A stretch of 64,000 nt of DNA from Patescibacteria group bacterium (GTDB lineage: Bacteria > Patescibacteriota > Patescibacteriia > UBA9570), in assembly GCA_041665365.1 (NCBI GenBank), contig JBAYIY010000002.1, forward strand, positions 2,178-66,177, written 5' to 3'. This document shows, in pieces, positions 35,894 through 45,489 of this stretch (its first letter is position 1; the number at the start of each line of letters is the position of its first letter). The notes beneath the pieces were generated by a model. It had not been told where the DNA came from. It saw only the letters and a list, made by a program, of their open reading frames with translations, and did not search any database. A program made the position numbers and the translations under genes.

Positions 35894-37418
35894 AGATGAG
35901 ATATTTATTCTTTTTTAGTGTTTCCACTAAAACTGTTTTGCTATCAAGTTTAATGGCTCCCCTAACAGATGCTACGGTAGTTAACACGAACACTTTATGT
36001 TTCAGTAATAATTTCACTAATACAGGAGCATGTTTAATATCTTTAGCTGACACAATTTCGTAAGACACACCTAATTTTTTTAATTGTTGAGCAGCATGTT
36101 TCAGGAATTTTGGTGAACCGGAAATAAGACCGGCTTTTTTCACTTGCACAGTTGATTTAGTAACGGCTACTTTAACACCTTTAACAGGTGCGATAATTAC
36201 TCCGGCACCAACGGTGGCATTAGTGAGCTCATCAATAATAATAAAAGCACCGGTATTGCGGTTTTTATAATACGGATCAAACATTAACGGTTGACTAGTA
36301 GTGATATACACCCGACCGATTTCGTTAAACTGTAACGCCTTAGCTGGTTCACGATGATAGCTATCAATGTTTAAACGATACCGCAGCGTATCAATCTGGC
36401 CTCTGGTGGTTCTGGTGGTATGTTTAATAATATAGCTTCTTTTGGGTTGCATGGGCTCTTCAGAAAACCAACACATAGTAGCTTCAAATTTATTAGCCAC
36501 TTCCGGCACGTTTTGTTCGCGCACAATCATGTCACCGCGGGAAATGTCCCGTTCATCAGTTAGAGTTAAAACAACAGATTGCCCAGAGAAAGCCTCGGTT
36601 TGGTTTTTATCATCATAGATGACTGACTTAATTTTGGAGGCTTTACCCGATGGTAAAATACTCACCTTATCCCCCACGCGCACAATGCCACCTTCAACTC
36701 TACCGGCATAACCACGAAAATTTTGATTAGGCCGAATAACGTATTGCACGGGAAATCTAAAATCAATTAAGTTGCGATCGCTCACAATTTGCACGTTCTC
36801 GAGATAATCATACAAGGTGGCCCCTTGATACCAGTTCATGTTATTGCCTCGATTCACTACCATATCACCCCGTAACGCTGAGATCGGCATAATCTGAAGA
36901 TCTTCAATGTGTAACCGAGTGGCGCATTGAATAACATCTTTTTTTATAGCCTCAAATATTTCCTGACTATACTCAACATCATCAATTTTGTTGACTACTA
37001 CTAAAATATGCGGGATAGATAACAAACTAGCCACAAACAAATGTCGCTTAGTTTGGGTGAGCAACCCATGCCGAGCATCTACTAAAATGATAGCAATATC
37101 AGCGGTAGAGGCACCGGTCACCATGTTGCGGGTATACTGCTCATGGCCAGGCACGTCAGCAATAATAAAACGTCTTTTCTGCGTGGTGAAATAACGGTAA
37201 GCGACATCGATCGTAATTTTTTGTTCACGCTCAGCCGATAAACCGTCAGTGATTAAAGATAAATCTATCTCTTGACCGGAGGTTTGACTGGCTTTCTTAA
37301 TAGCATCCAGTTGATCTTGAAAAATGGCGTTACAATCAAATAGTAACCGACCAATCAAGGTGGATTTACCATCATCGACACTGCCCGCGGTTGTAATTCT
37401 AACTAGTTCTAGTGCCAT
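35892..37418 (-). CDS. cysN: Sulfate adenylyltransferase subunit 1 (CysN GTPase) with a C-terminal extension of about 80 aa
   Basis: AGSVDDGKSTLIGRLL, DGLSAEREQKITIDVAYRYF, DVPGHEQYTRNM. Start taken at MALELV. No APS-kinase P-loop in the extension. Confidence 0.8.
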   Translation of the reverse strand: MALELVRITTAGSVDDGKSTLIGRLLFDCNAIFQDQLDAIKKASQTSGQEIDLSLITDGLSAEREQKITIDVAYRYFTTQKRRFIIADVPGHEQYTRNMVTGASTADIAIILVDARHGLLTQTKRHLFVASLLSIPHILVVVNKIDDVEYSQEIFEAIKKDVIQCATRLHIEDLQIMPISALRGDMVVNRGNNMNWYQGATLYDYLENVQIVSDRNLIDFRFPVQYVIRPNQNFRGYAGRVEGGIVRVGDKVSILPSGKASKIKSVIYDDKNQTEAFSGQSVVLTLTDERDISRGDMIVREQNVPEVANKFEATMCWFSEEPMQPKRSYIIKHTTRTTRGQIDTLRYRLNIDSYHREPAKALQFNEIGRVYITTSQPLMFDPYYKNRNTGAFIIIDELTNATVGAGVIIAPVKGVKVAVTKSTVQVKKAGLISGSPKFLKHAAQQLKKLGVSYEIVSAKDIKHAPVLVKLLLKHKVFVLTTVASVRGAIKLDSKTVLVETLKKNKYLI

Positions 37419-37419
37419 A

Positions 37420-38325
37420 TTAAAAGTAACCTTCTTTCTTTTTTTGCTCCATGGCAGATTCAGACCCATGATCAATCGCTCTGGTTTGACGTTCTGAGGC
37501 TTTGGCAGCTAACACTTCGGCAATGATTTCATCCAGCGTAGTGGCAGTAGACTCAACTGCCCCAGTTGATGGTGAACAGCCTAAGGTACGATACCGACAC
37601 CAAATATCTTTAACTGCCTCCCCGGCTTTGGGTTGAACAAACTCATCTAAGCGTAACCAGACACCGTGTCGTTTAATCACTTTTCGTTTCTGGGCAAAAT
37701 ACAGCGGCACCACTTCAATTTTTTCTTGTTTGATGTAATACCAAATGTCTAATTCGGTCCAATTCGATAGTGGAAAAATACGCACCGTTTCACCTTCATT
37801 TAATCTGGTGTTGTAAGTATGCCACAATTCTGGCCGTTGATTTTTTGGATCCCAAACATTTTCTTTATTACGCAACGAAAAGATTCTTTCTTTGGCGCGG
37901 GCTTTTTCTTCTTCCCGGCGGGCTCCACCAAAGGCACCAGTGAAGGCATGCTGTTTAATTGCCTCCAACAACGGTTTGGTTTTTTTGTAGTAAATGTATT
38001 TATCTGTATGGGCGTCATCGGGAGACATGGCTAAAGCGGCTGGTTCGGTATTTTTATGCACAATTAGTTTGGCGCCAATCTTTTTTGTGTAGTAATCGCG
38101 AAACTCAATCATCTCATGAAACTTATACCCAGTGTTGATATGTAACAAGGGAAACGGTATCTTCGCCGGATAAAACGCCTTTTCCGCCAAGCGTAACAAC
38201 ACTGAGGAATCCTTCCCAATCGAATACAGCATTACTGGATTAGCCAGTTCGGCGGCTGCTTCCCGGAAAATATAGATACTTTCGGCTTCTAATTGCTTTA
38301 AATAGTCTAGATTATAATCCTGCAT
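37420..38325 (-). CDS. cysD: Sulfate adenylyltransferase subunit 2 (CysD)
   Basis: [19 protein letters not shown]...[21 protein letters not shown] (PAPS-reductase-like fold). Confidence 0.85.
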   Translation of the reverse strand: MQDYNLDYLKQLEAESIYIFREAAAELANPVMLYSIGKDSSVLLRLAEKAFYPAKIPFPLLHINTGYKFHEMIEFRDYYTKKIGAKLIVHKNTEPAALAMSPDDAHTDKYIYYKKTKPLLEAIKQHAFTGAFGGARREEEKARAKERIFSLRNKENVWDPKNQRPELWHTYNTRLNEGETVRIFPLSNWTELDIWYYIKQEKIEVVPLYFAQKRKVIKRHGVWLRLDEFVQPKAGEAVKDIWCRYRTLGCSPSTGAVESTATTLDEIIAEVLAAKASERQTRAIDHGSESAMEQKKKEGYF

Positions 38326-38353
38326 ACCGACCCATGATAGAGGATTCTATCAA

Positions 38354-40567
38354 TTACGGCAATCGGGTGAACTTCTTGTTGTTAGATAGCGTTCTAGCCG
38401 TGTAAACGTTTGCATCAGCCTTGGTGGCACGCCAGCGGGCTTGGAAAATACCACCCTTGGCATGAACAGAATATTGCGCTTTACCATTTTTGATTTTCAT
38501 ACTATCAATCAGTTTAAATGTACCGGCTGTCTTGGCTTTGCGATAGATTTTAACGGTGCGGTTATTTAACGACTGATTGGTCGATTTATCAGTTAAGCGT
38601 ATCACTAGCTGACGCTGTTTGGTTCGTTTTGTCAGACGTAAATTAGCCTTACTTTGGTAGGAATAGATACCGGTATTAGACCCAGTAACTAAACCATCAA
38701 ACAACATTGTGTTAAAGGTTTCATCTTTTAACCCTGTGTAATAAATCTCACACACATCTGTACTGATGGTACAGGAATAAATGTAACCGGTGCCGGATGG
38801 GCGTGCGGTACTAACAAAAATCTGATCAGAGTTATGAGCGTTGACAACAACATTTTGTCCCCAGAAATCACTTGGAATATCATTGGTTCCAACAATGTCC
38901 CATTGTCCCCAATTACCAGCATCAGTCGATTTATATACCTCCCCCTCGATATCGGCGCCGGATGACACAGCGAAAATTGTATTTGTATCGCTACTGTAAG
39001 CTAAGGCTGTTATTAAAGCACTCTGAGAATAAAGTTGTGACCAAGCTAGACCATTAAATAGATATAAGCCACGACTTGCTTCGGCACTGGTTTGCTCAAC
39101 TCCAACACCAACTATTAATTGACCATCTGAATCAACCACCATCGGGCCAGCTGGAACATTCGGCATATCTAAATCTGTCCAGGTAATTCCCCCATCGGTG
39201 CTTTGAATAACACCACCACCAATTTCATCATTATTACTACCACCTTCGGTATACTGATAACTGGCATATAACACACTACTAGTGCCGTCATATTCAACAA
39301 TATCAACAAAGATTGATCCGTTAGTGGTATCAATACCGGTATCACCTTCTGTCCAAGTAGTACCACCGTCAGCCGTGCGAAATATCACACCACTGGCTCC
39401 GGCTAACACGACGTCAGATTGGTTTGGGTCAACCCAAACGGCATCGCCTGTATTAACTGTCTCATTTTGATTGATTGGAAACTCCCAGGTTGGGTCAGAA
39501 CCGGCGGCTAGACTAGAAGCAAAATTGGTCGATTTGGCAAAACCACCTTGAGCGGCCAACCAAACCACTTCTTTACTATCATCCTGGGCTAAATCGTTCA
39601 CGGTCACACCGGTCATGCCGGTAATTTTGTCTGTATATGAAACACCCGCATCACTTGAACGCCCGACTCCACGATCAGATTGAGTATAAACATAACCATT
39701 GACATCATCAAAAGTCACCCAATTTCTAATACTGGCATTTGTCCATGTAGTGCCGTTATCATCACTGTAATCATTACCTAAATAAATTCTCCCTGATGCT
39801 CTAATCACCGCCTTTTGCGCATTACTAATACCCTCTGGGTTAGTCATAGCCGTAAACACTCCGGCGGCACCGGTGGAGCTATAACTAACTCCAGATGAAC
39901 TGGATAGTACAATAAAGTTAGGATCTGTTGGGTGAGCAGCGACATAACGCCAAGTCCCACTCACACCAGTGTTTACCGCCCCAGATAAAGTAATGGTATA
40001 AAGTGCGGTAGTATCACCAGTCACAGTCACAAGTGCCAAAATAGTACCATCGGCACTGACAGTAACATCAGTGACAGATAAATCTAAGGCAGTAAAATTA
40101 TCGCCATCGTCACTACTGATATATACTTGATTATCACGCGTTGGCACCACTAAAACTCCGCCAGTTCCAGTGGCGATAAACTGAGACACATTTTGAACAG
40201 CGGATAATTCTTGCCAAGTAGTACCATTATCTTGGGTACGATAAAGATTGATGCCTCCAACCATAAAAGCGGTACCGGGTGTGGTGGAAGTTTGTACATC
40301 ACTAATGGTGCCAAAATCAGAGCCAGCACTGGGCGCATGCCAGGTGTCAGCAAAATCATCTGACCAAAAAATACCATTCGGTGAATTTAAACCGGCATAC
40401 AACATATCATTCGTTCCGGCTGTCACACTTGAACCCACGACCACATTTTCCGGATAACCCCCTTCAAAGGCCAAACTTTGGCGTAATGAATTTTCTTGTG
40501 CCGAAACAAATGAGCCAGCTAGTAACATAACTGTTCCTAGCCCAAAACTCAATAACCATTTTTTCAT
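38354..40567 (-). CDS. Secreted BNR/Asp-box repeat protein
   Basis: Signal peptide plus repeated S-x-D-x-G-x-T-W motifs (TQDNGTTW, SDDNGTTW, TADGGTTW, STDGGITW). Confidence 0.7.
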   Translation of the reverse strand: MKKWLLSFGLGTVMLLAGSFVSAQENSLRQSLAFEGGYPENVVVGSSVTAGTNDMLYAGLNSPNGIFWSDDFADTWHAPSAGSDFGTISDVQTSTTPGTAFMVGGINLYRTQDNGTTWQELSAVQNVSQFIATGTGGVLVVPTRDNQVYISSDDGDNFTALDLSVTDVTVSADGTILALVTVTGDTTALYTITLSGAVNTGVSGTWRYVAAHPTDPNFIVLSSSSGVSYSSTGAAGVFTAMTNPEGISNAQKAVIRASGRIYLGNDYSDDNGTTWTNASIRNWVTFDDVNGYVYTQSDRGVGRSSDAGVSYTDKITGMTGVTVNDLAQDDSKEVVWLAAQGGFAKSTNFASSLAAGSDPTWEFPINQNETVNTGDAVWVDPNQSDVVLAGASGVIFRTADGGTTWTEGDTGIDTTNGSIFVDIVEYDGTSSVLYASYQYTEGGSNNDEIGGGVIQSTDGGITWTDLDMPNVPAGPMVVDSDGQLIVGVGVEQTSAEASRGLYLFNGLAWSQLYSQSALITALAYSSDTNTIFAVSSGADIEGEVYKSTDAGNWGQWDIVGTNDIPSDFWGQNVVVNAHNSDQIFVSTARPSGTGYIYSCTISTDVCEIYYTGLKDETFNTMLFDGLVTGSNTGIYSYQSKANLRLTKRTKQRQLVIRLTDKSTNQSLNNRTVKIYRKAKTAGTFKLIDSMKIKNGKAQYSVHAKGGIFQARWRATKADANVYTARTLSNNKKFTRLP

Positions 40568-40646
40568 AACTTTTTGTGTTTAATGCTAAACGAGCATATT
40601 TATGCCCTCCACTAGATAGGATACTACTTATAAATTGAGTAAGCAA

Positions 40647-43247
40647 CTATTGCGGTACTCTCTTGCCAACAGGCTTAAGAAAAGTTATATTTAGCGGCGC
40701 TAGTGGGGCGTAGCCAAGTGGTAAGGCAATGGACTCTGAATCCATCATCGTAGGTTCGACCCCTACCGCCCCAGCCCCACCTGGAAAAATATTTTGATCT
40801 TCATAATGGATATGCAATTTTATTTTTCTTATGTCTGATTTATTGTTTACTTGATCGAGAGCCACTACTTTTATTGTCTTTGTCCGCTTAACGATAAATG
40901 AATGTACATATAGCCTTTTATGCCTAGTGGGCTTGGTATTATCTAGAGTATAATATAGTGTACAAGCTTCATTACAGGTCAAAACTAGTCTTTTTTGATG
41001 CCGATAATAACCACTTGTGACGCTAGTGTGAATGATTGGTTGTGTAGTATCTAAAGTTATTTTTGTCTCTACTGCAATACTTGTTAGCCCACTGGCAGTC
41101 TGCGCTTGAATAATTAAATTATTATCCCCTTCACTTAAGGTAACAACAAAATTCCACACAGTTTTATCATCCTGCGGAACTATTTCGACATCATTTAATG
41201 AAATGGCAGTGTTAGCTTCTTTGGTACCAGAGAGCGTTTGTGTACCTACTTTAGTTGGAGATAATACACTGTTAATCGTTGGAGATTCTGGTAAATTGGA
41301 TTGCAACAGTGCATTGTAGGCATTAATTCTTTTTCCGCTAACTGTTTTGCCAACTAATGAATCTAATGTATCACCAGTGGCTAACAATACTGTTTTTACT
41401 TGGTTAGATGTTAACATCGGTCGATACCCCATCAATAAAGCCGCTAAGCCAGCGACCTGCGGTGCTGCCATGGAAGTACCACTGTAATAATCATAGCTGT
41501 TATTACTGCCATCCCCCATATAATTTACAGAAATGTTATCTACTATACAACCACGGTATGTGTTATCGTTACCATCTGTTACCCAATGAAAACGAAACTG
41601 AAAATTACTCGTCAAATAACCATCTAAGGAAATATCATCAAAATAATGGTATGTATCATTGGTAGCATCCGAATCCATTTCTATATTATCCAAAATATAT
41701 TCATCAAATTTTTCTGCCCCATAGTAAGATACACTGACTGGTGTAAAAGTGACACCATCAGCACTAAATTCTAGTGTCATATAATCCACCGGGATATCAA
41801 CATATTGTGTATCGCAGCGAGCCCGAAAATTAAAAGTTGCCTCAGTACTAGCACCGCTTAAATCATAGAGTGGCGACAAAATATAACTATCACTATTTGC
41901 TGCATAATAATATCCGGTTGTAGCCACACCTGTGAGATCTGGGTACAGCACCTGGCCCCAGGAAGATGCCGCATTAAATGTTGCCACCGATCCGGCAGCC
42001 CAATTACCATTAATTATGGTCCAATTACTGGGTAAATTACCAGTTGTAATAGTGTTGAAAGTTTCATAAAAAGAGTAGTTTTCAGCCACACTACTATACA
42101 CATCAACTCCTGGTGCCGCTACATCGACAAAATTTTCTCCATAATCGGAAAATAAAGCTAACTCATCGTTCGAATCAGTTGCCGCCACACTAATTACATT
42201 GTCCAATCCTGCCCAGCAATCACTTGGATGTCCATAATCAGCTGGCACTACTACATAATTTGAGCCATCATGCTCAGCAGTATCATTGCCCGCTGCGGCA
42301 ATAAACAATCCAGGGAAATTATCAATCGCTTCGTAAGTTAATTCATCGTAAACAAAAAAACAAGCGAAAGATCCACCGCCAAAACTGGCATTAATGACGC
42401 TGGCATTATTTTCTTTAGAAAAATTAATCGATTTCATAATTTCTGTATCGTAGAAATAACCATCCGGCTGTGTCGCCTGCAACGCCATTATTTGCGCATT
42501 CGGTGCAACACCCATAATTCCATAACCATTGTTTTTTAGTGCAGCAATTGTTCCGGCCACATGTGTTCCGTGTGAATCATCATTGGGTAACGGATATTTG
42601 TCATTGTTGCCATAATCATAACCATGTGCACAACCACCAAGATAGTTACCATTTTCATCTTTGCAAGATGTACCATCCCACATGTGATTAGCAAGATCTG
42701 GATGATTATACCCCACACCCATATCAATTACCGCCACAATTACATCTAGATTTGTACCTTCATTGATAGACCAGGCTTCCGGCGCATCAATATCAGCGTC
42801 TGGTAGACCAGACACAGTGTTTATAGTTTGGCCAGTATTATCTAAACCCCAGAGATAATCCTTGTAAGGATCGTTCGTCTCAATGGCCAAATTACGATAA
42901 CGAAAATTAGGCTGTATAGACTCTATATTCGGATCATCTTTTAACCTGGTTATGGCTTCCAATACAGTTTCATTCTTAATCTTAAAAACTACAGCATTGG
43001 CAAATTTTAACGTTTCCTGACTAGTCAATTTATTTCCGTTACTAAAGCTACTCAGTTGATGACTGTTATTTAAGTCAATCTTACCAGATTTGAATTTGAT
43101 AATTATTTCATCTGGTGCATAATCGCCAATTTTTATGGTGCTAGTTTCAGCAGTACAGATATTACCGGCCACAAAAAACATGCTAACACTAAAAAAAATA
43201 TAAATTGTATTCTTTATTGACATTGTTATCACTTTCAATGATAACAA
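40647..43247 (-). CDS. Secreted subtilisin-like serine protease (S8) with large C-terminal extension domains
   Basis: Catalytic triad blocks VAVIDMGVGYNHPDL, HGTHVAGTIAA, GTSMAAPQVAGLAALL. The ORF continues antisense through the tRNA-Gln gene before reaching a stop. Confidence 0.8.
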   Translation of the reverse strand: MLSLKVITMSIKNTIYIFFSVSMFFVAGNICTAETSTIKIGDYAPDEIIIKFKSGKIDLNNSHQLSSFSNGNKLTSQETLKFANAVVFKIKNETVLEAITRLKDDPNIESIQPNFRYRNLAIETNDPYKDYLWGLDNTGQTINTVSGLPDADIDAPEAWSINEGTNLDVIVAVIDMGVGYNHPDLANHMWDGTSCKDENGNYLGGCAHGYDYGNNDKYPLPNDDSHGTHVAGTIAALKNNGYGIMGVAPNAQIMALQATQPDGYFYDTEIMKSINFSKENNASVINASFGGGSFACFFVYDELTYEAIDNFPGLFIAAAGNDTAEHDGSNYVVVPADYGHPSDCWAGLDNVISVAATDSNDELALFSDYGENFVDVAAPGVDVYSSVAENYSFYETFNTITTGNLPSNWTIINGNWAAGSVATFNAASSWGQVLYPDLTGVATTGYYYAANSDSYILSPLYDLSGASTEATFNFRARCDTQYVDIPVDYMTLEFSADGVTFTPVSVSYYGAEKFDEYILDNIEMDSDATNDTYHYFDDISLDGYLTSNFQFRFHWVTDGNDNTYRGCIVDNISVNYMGDGSNNSYDYYSGTSMAAPQVAGLAALLMGYRPMLTSNQVKTVLLATGDTLDSLVGKTVSGKRINAYNALLQSNLPESPTINSVLSPTKVGTQTLSGTKEANTAISLNDVEIVPQDDKTVWNFVVTLSEGDNNLIIQAQTASGLTSIAVETKITLDTTQPIIHTSVTSGYYRHQKRLVLTCNEACTLYYTLDNTKPTRHKRLYVHSFIVKRTKTIKVVALDQVNNKSDIRKIKLHIHYEDQNIFPGGAGAVGVEPTMMDSESIALPLGYAPLAPLNITFLKPVGKRVPQ
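40704..40776 (+). tRNA. tRNA-Gln (anticodon CUG)
   Basis: TGGGGCG acceptor, D-arm GCCAAGTGGTAAGGC, anticodon loop CTCTGAA, T-arm GTAGGTTCGACCCCTAC. It closely resembles E. coli tRNA-Gln. Confidence 0.85.
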
Positions 43248-43268
43248 AAAAAATCTAAGCCTGCCAGC

Positions 43269-44813
43269 TTATTTACCGCTCTGACCACCCACCGATTGCA
43301 GGGCTAGATCCCACACATTATCCATTTCAACTGGATTAACCTGAGCAATATTATCTGATGGTAAAGTGTTTAGTACTGAGGCATCGATATCGTACTGCTC
43401 CCCCACTACACATTCTAGTTGCATGTCTTGATTTAATAATTGGGATAATATTTTTCTAATGGCGGTGATGTAATCTACTTTGCAGACTTGATCTTTATGA
43501 AAATCATAGCGAAAACCTAACTGCACGCGGTTTGGTGCATAGGCATTGGCGACATGAGCCATTGATAAAGCAATCGCCAGGGCATGATTGACTACTTTGG
43601 TTTTACTAATCACTTCGGCCCAGTGTTCTTTTACTTTATGTAATAAAACTGTATCAACGGTTGTCTCAACACTAGTTGAAATTACTGGTGTCTTGTTAAC
43701 AACCGAATTAGTGATTGGAGCGATTTTCTTTTGTATAATTGTTTGTTTCGGTTGAGTTACAACCACACTACTGGTACACCAAGTTAAACCAGGTACTTCA
43801 ATCATCAATTGTGTTATTGGGCTACTGCGATACAGATCACCGGCAGACATAAACAGATTTAATAAATGCACATAATCGGCCGTGGTGAGTAAAGACAGTG
43901 TGGCTAATAACTGTTCATGAGTGCCACTATGCACATCTAAATCTTCGAGGTGGGTTAATTGCTGATCCACACTAAATAACAAACCGCGCCGGAATAATTC
44001 TAGTAACAACTGCCATAATTCTTTCATTTGTGTACCGGCTTGCACGGCGGTTTGTACTGAATTAGTAAAAGCTTGAGCTTGGCGTTGAGTTAAATGGGTA
44101 AACAACTCAACCGCAATGGCCATATCCACACGGGGCAAGACAATATCCGCTTGCTCAACGGTGATTTTATCACCCCCAATCGCTAACACTTGGCCTAATA
44201 AACTTTCCGCATCGCGCACTGCTCCCTGACCTTTACGCGCAATGCGCTCCAACACCGCTTGGTCAACTTGCACGTGTTCTTGAGTACAAATCCACTCTAA
44301 CCGTTTGATAATATCCAGCAACTTGATGGCATGAAAATCAAACCGTTGGCAGCGCGATACTACTGTGGCCGGTAATTTATGTACCTCGGTAGTGGCTAAA
44401 ATAAACACCACATTAGCCGGTGGTTCTTCTAAGATTTTTAATAAGGCATTAAACGCTGAGCCGGATAACATGTGCACTTCATCGATGATGAAAACCTTAT
44501 AGGGTAACTGGCTTGGTGCCACATAAGCATTTTGAATAATATTCTCGCGCACGTTATCTACCCCAGTATGGCTAGCCGCATCGATTTCGATAATATCAAT
44601 ATACGTGGCCGTATTATCTGTCACCTGGTTGATAGTTTTAGCAAAGATTCGAGCTAAGGTAGTTTTACCCACCCCCCGTGGCCCAGCAAACAAGTAAGCA
44701 TGCGCAATTTGCTGGTGTTTAATTTGATTTTGCAAAGTAGTCTTAATATGATCTTGAGCGATCACAGCCGAGAAATCTTGCGGGCGGTATTTTCGATAGA
44801 GGGCGATGGACAT
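43269..44813 (-). CDS. dnaX: DNA polymerase III subunit gamma/tau
   Basis: YRPQDFSAVIAQDHIKTTLQNQIK...AYLFAGPRGVGKTTLARIFAK. Confidence 0.9.
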   Translation of the reverse strand: MSIALYRKYRPQDFSAVIAQDHIKTTLQNQIKHQQIAHAYLFAGPRGVGKTTLARIFAKTINQVTDNTATYIDIIEIDAASHTGVDNVRENIIQNAYVAPSQLPYKVFIIDEVHMLSGSAFNALLKILEEPPANVVFILATTEVHKLPATVVSRCQRFDFHAIKLLDIIKRLEWICTQEHVQVDQAVLERIARKGQGAVRDAESLLGQVLAIGGDKITVEQADIVLPRVDMAIAVELFTHLTQRQAQAFTNSVQTAVQAGTQMKELWQLLLELFRRGLLFSVDQQLTHLEDLDVHSGTHEQLLATLSLLTTADYVHLLNLFMSAGDLYRSSPITQLMIEVPGLTWCTSSVVVTQPKQTIIQKKIAPITNSVVNKTPVISTSVETTVDTVLLHKVKEHWAEVISKTKVVNHALAIALSMAHVANAYAPNRVQLGFRYDFHKDQVCKVDYITAIRKILSQLLNQDMQLECVVGEQYDIDASVLNTLPSDNIAQVNPVEMDNVWDLALQSVGGQSGK

Positions 44814-44831
44814 AGGGGTGTTACTATAGGC

Positions 44832-44879
44832 AAAAAAAACTGGGGGGTCAAGTAGTTGTCTTAGACGATTTACCCCCCA
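44832..44879 (-). terminator. Rho-independent terminator for the 44870..45454 gene
   Basis: Stem TGGGGGGT/ACCCCCCA followed by T8 on the minus strand (A8 at 44832-44839 on plus). Confidence 0.55.
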
Positions 44880-45454
44880 CTGGGCAATTCAGCGGCATCG
44901 CCTAGGGGTAAAAGTTCTTCGTCAGAATCACGATGAATGAGGTTTTCCACAGCGGCCCATTGGCTCTCACCATCTTCCGGGGTCAATATCACTACTTCAT
45001 CACCGGGCTGACCTTTATAGTAAGTCACCGCGGCTAAAATCACTCGGTACGAACGCTTCCCGACTAAAACGCTGAGCTCGCCAGTACTATCATCCCGGAC
45101 TAAAGCGCCCACCATGCGTTTTCGTTCGACTGGTCCAATTTGTTTATAGATAAAAGTACCATCCGATTTAATGGTTAATTTCAGGATATCGCCCTCAACC
45201 AGCTTGGATTTAGACGCATAATTAGATGGCACGGTATACACTTTACCATCGGCGCCAACCATATTTTGCCCATTAAACACACCTTCAATCACCTGATTAT
45301 TACCAACAAAAGACGGCTCAGTGGTTACACCGGTCATACTCACACGATCTAACTCACTACTGTCGATATTATCTAATAATTGTTGGGCGTAGTGCAATTG
45401 AGAGGTAGCATTGGCTAGGGCTTGACGCACTTCATGTAGGCTGGGAGTATCCAT
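44870..45454 (-). CDS. Hypothetical protein (downstream partner of the AAA_10 ATPase)
   Basis: 194 aa; no TM; no recognised motifs. Confidence 0.45.
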   Translation of the reverse strand: MDTPSLHEVRQALANATSQLHYAQQLLDNIDSSELDRVSMTGVTTEPSFVGNNQVIEGVFNGQNMVGADGKVYTVPSNYASKSKLVEGDILKLTIKSDGTFIYKQIGPVERKRMVGALVRDDSTGELSVLVGKRSYRVILAAVTYYKGQPGDEVVILTPEDGESQWAAVENLIHRDSDEELLPLGDAAELPSGG

Positions 45455-45489
45455 AAATATTGGGTTTTTATTTTATTATTGTTTATTTT

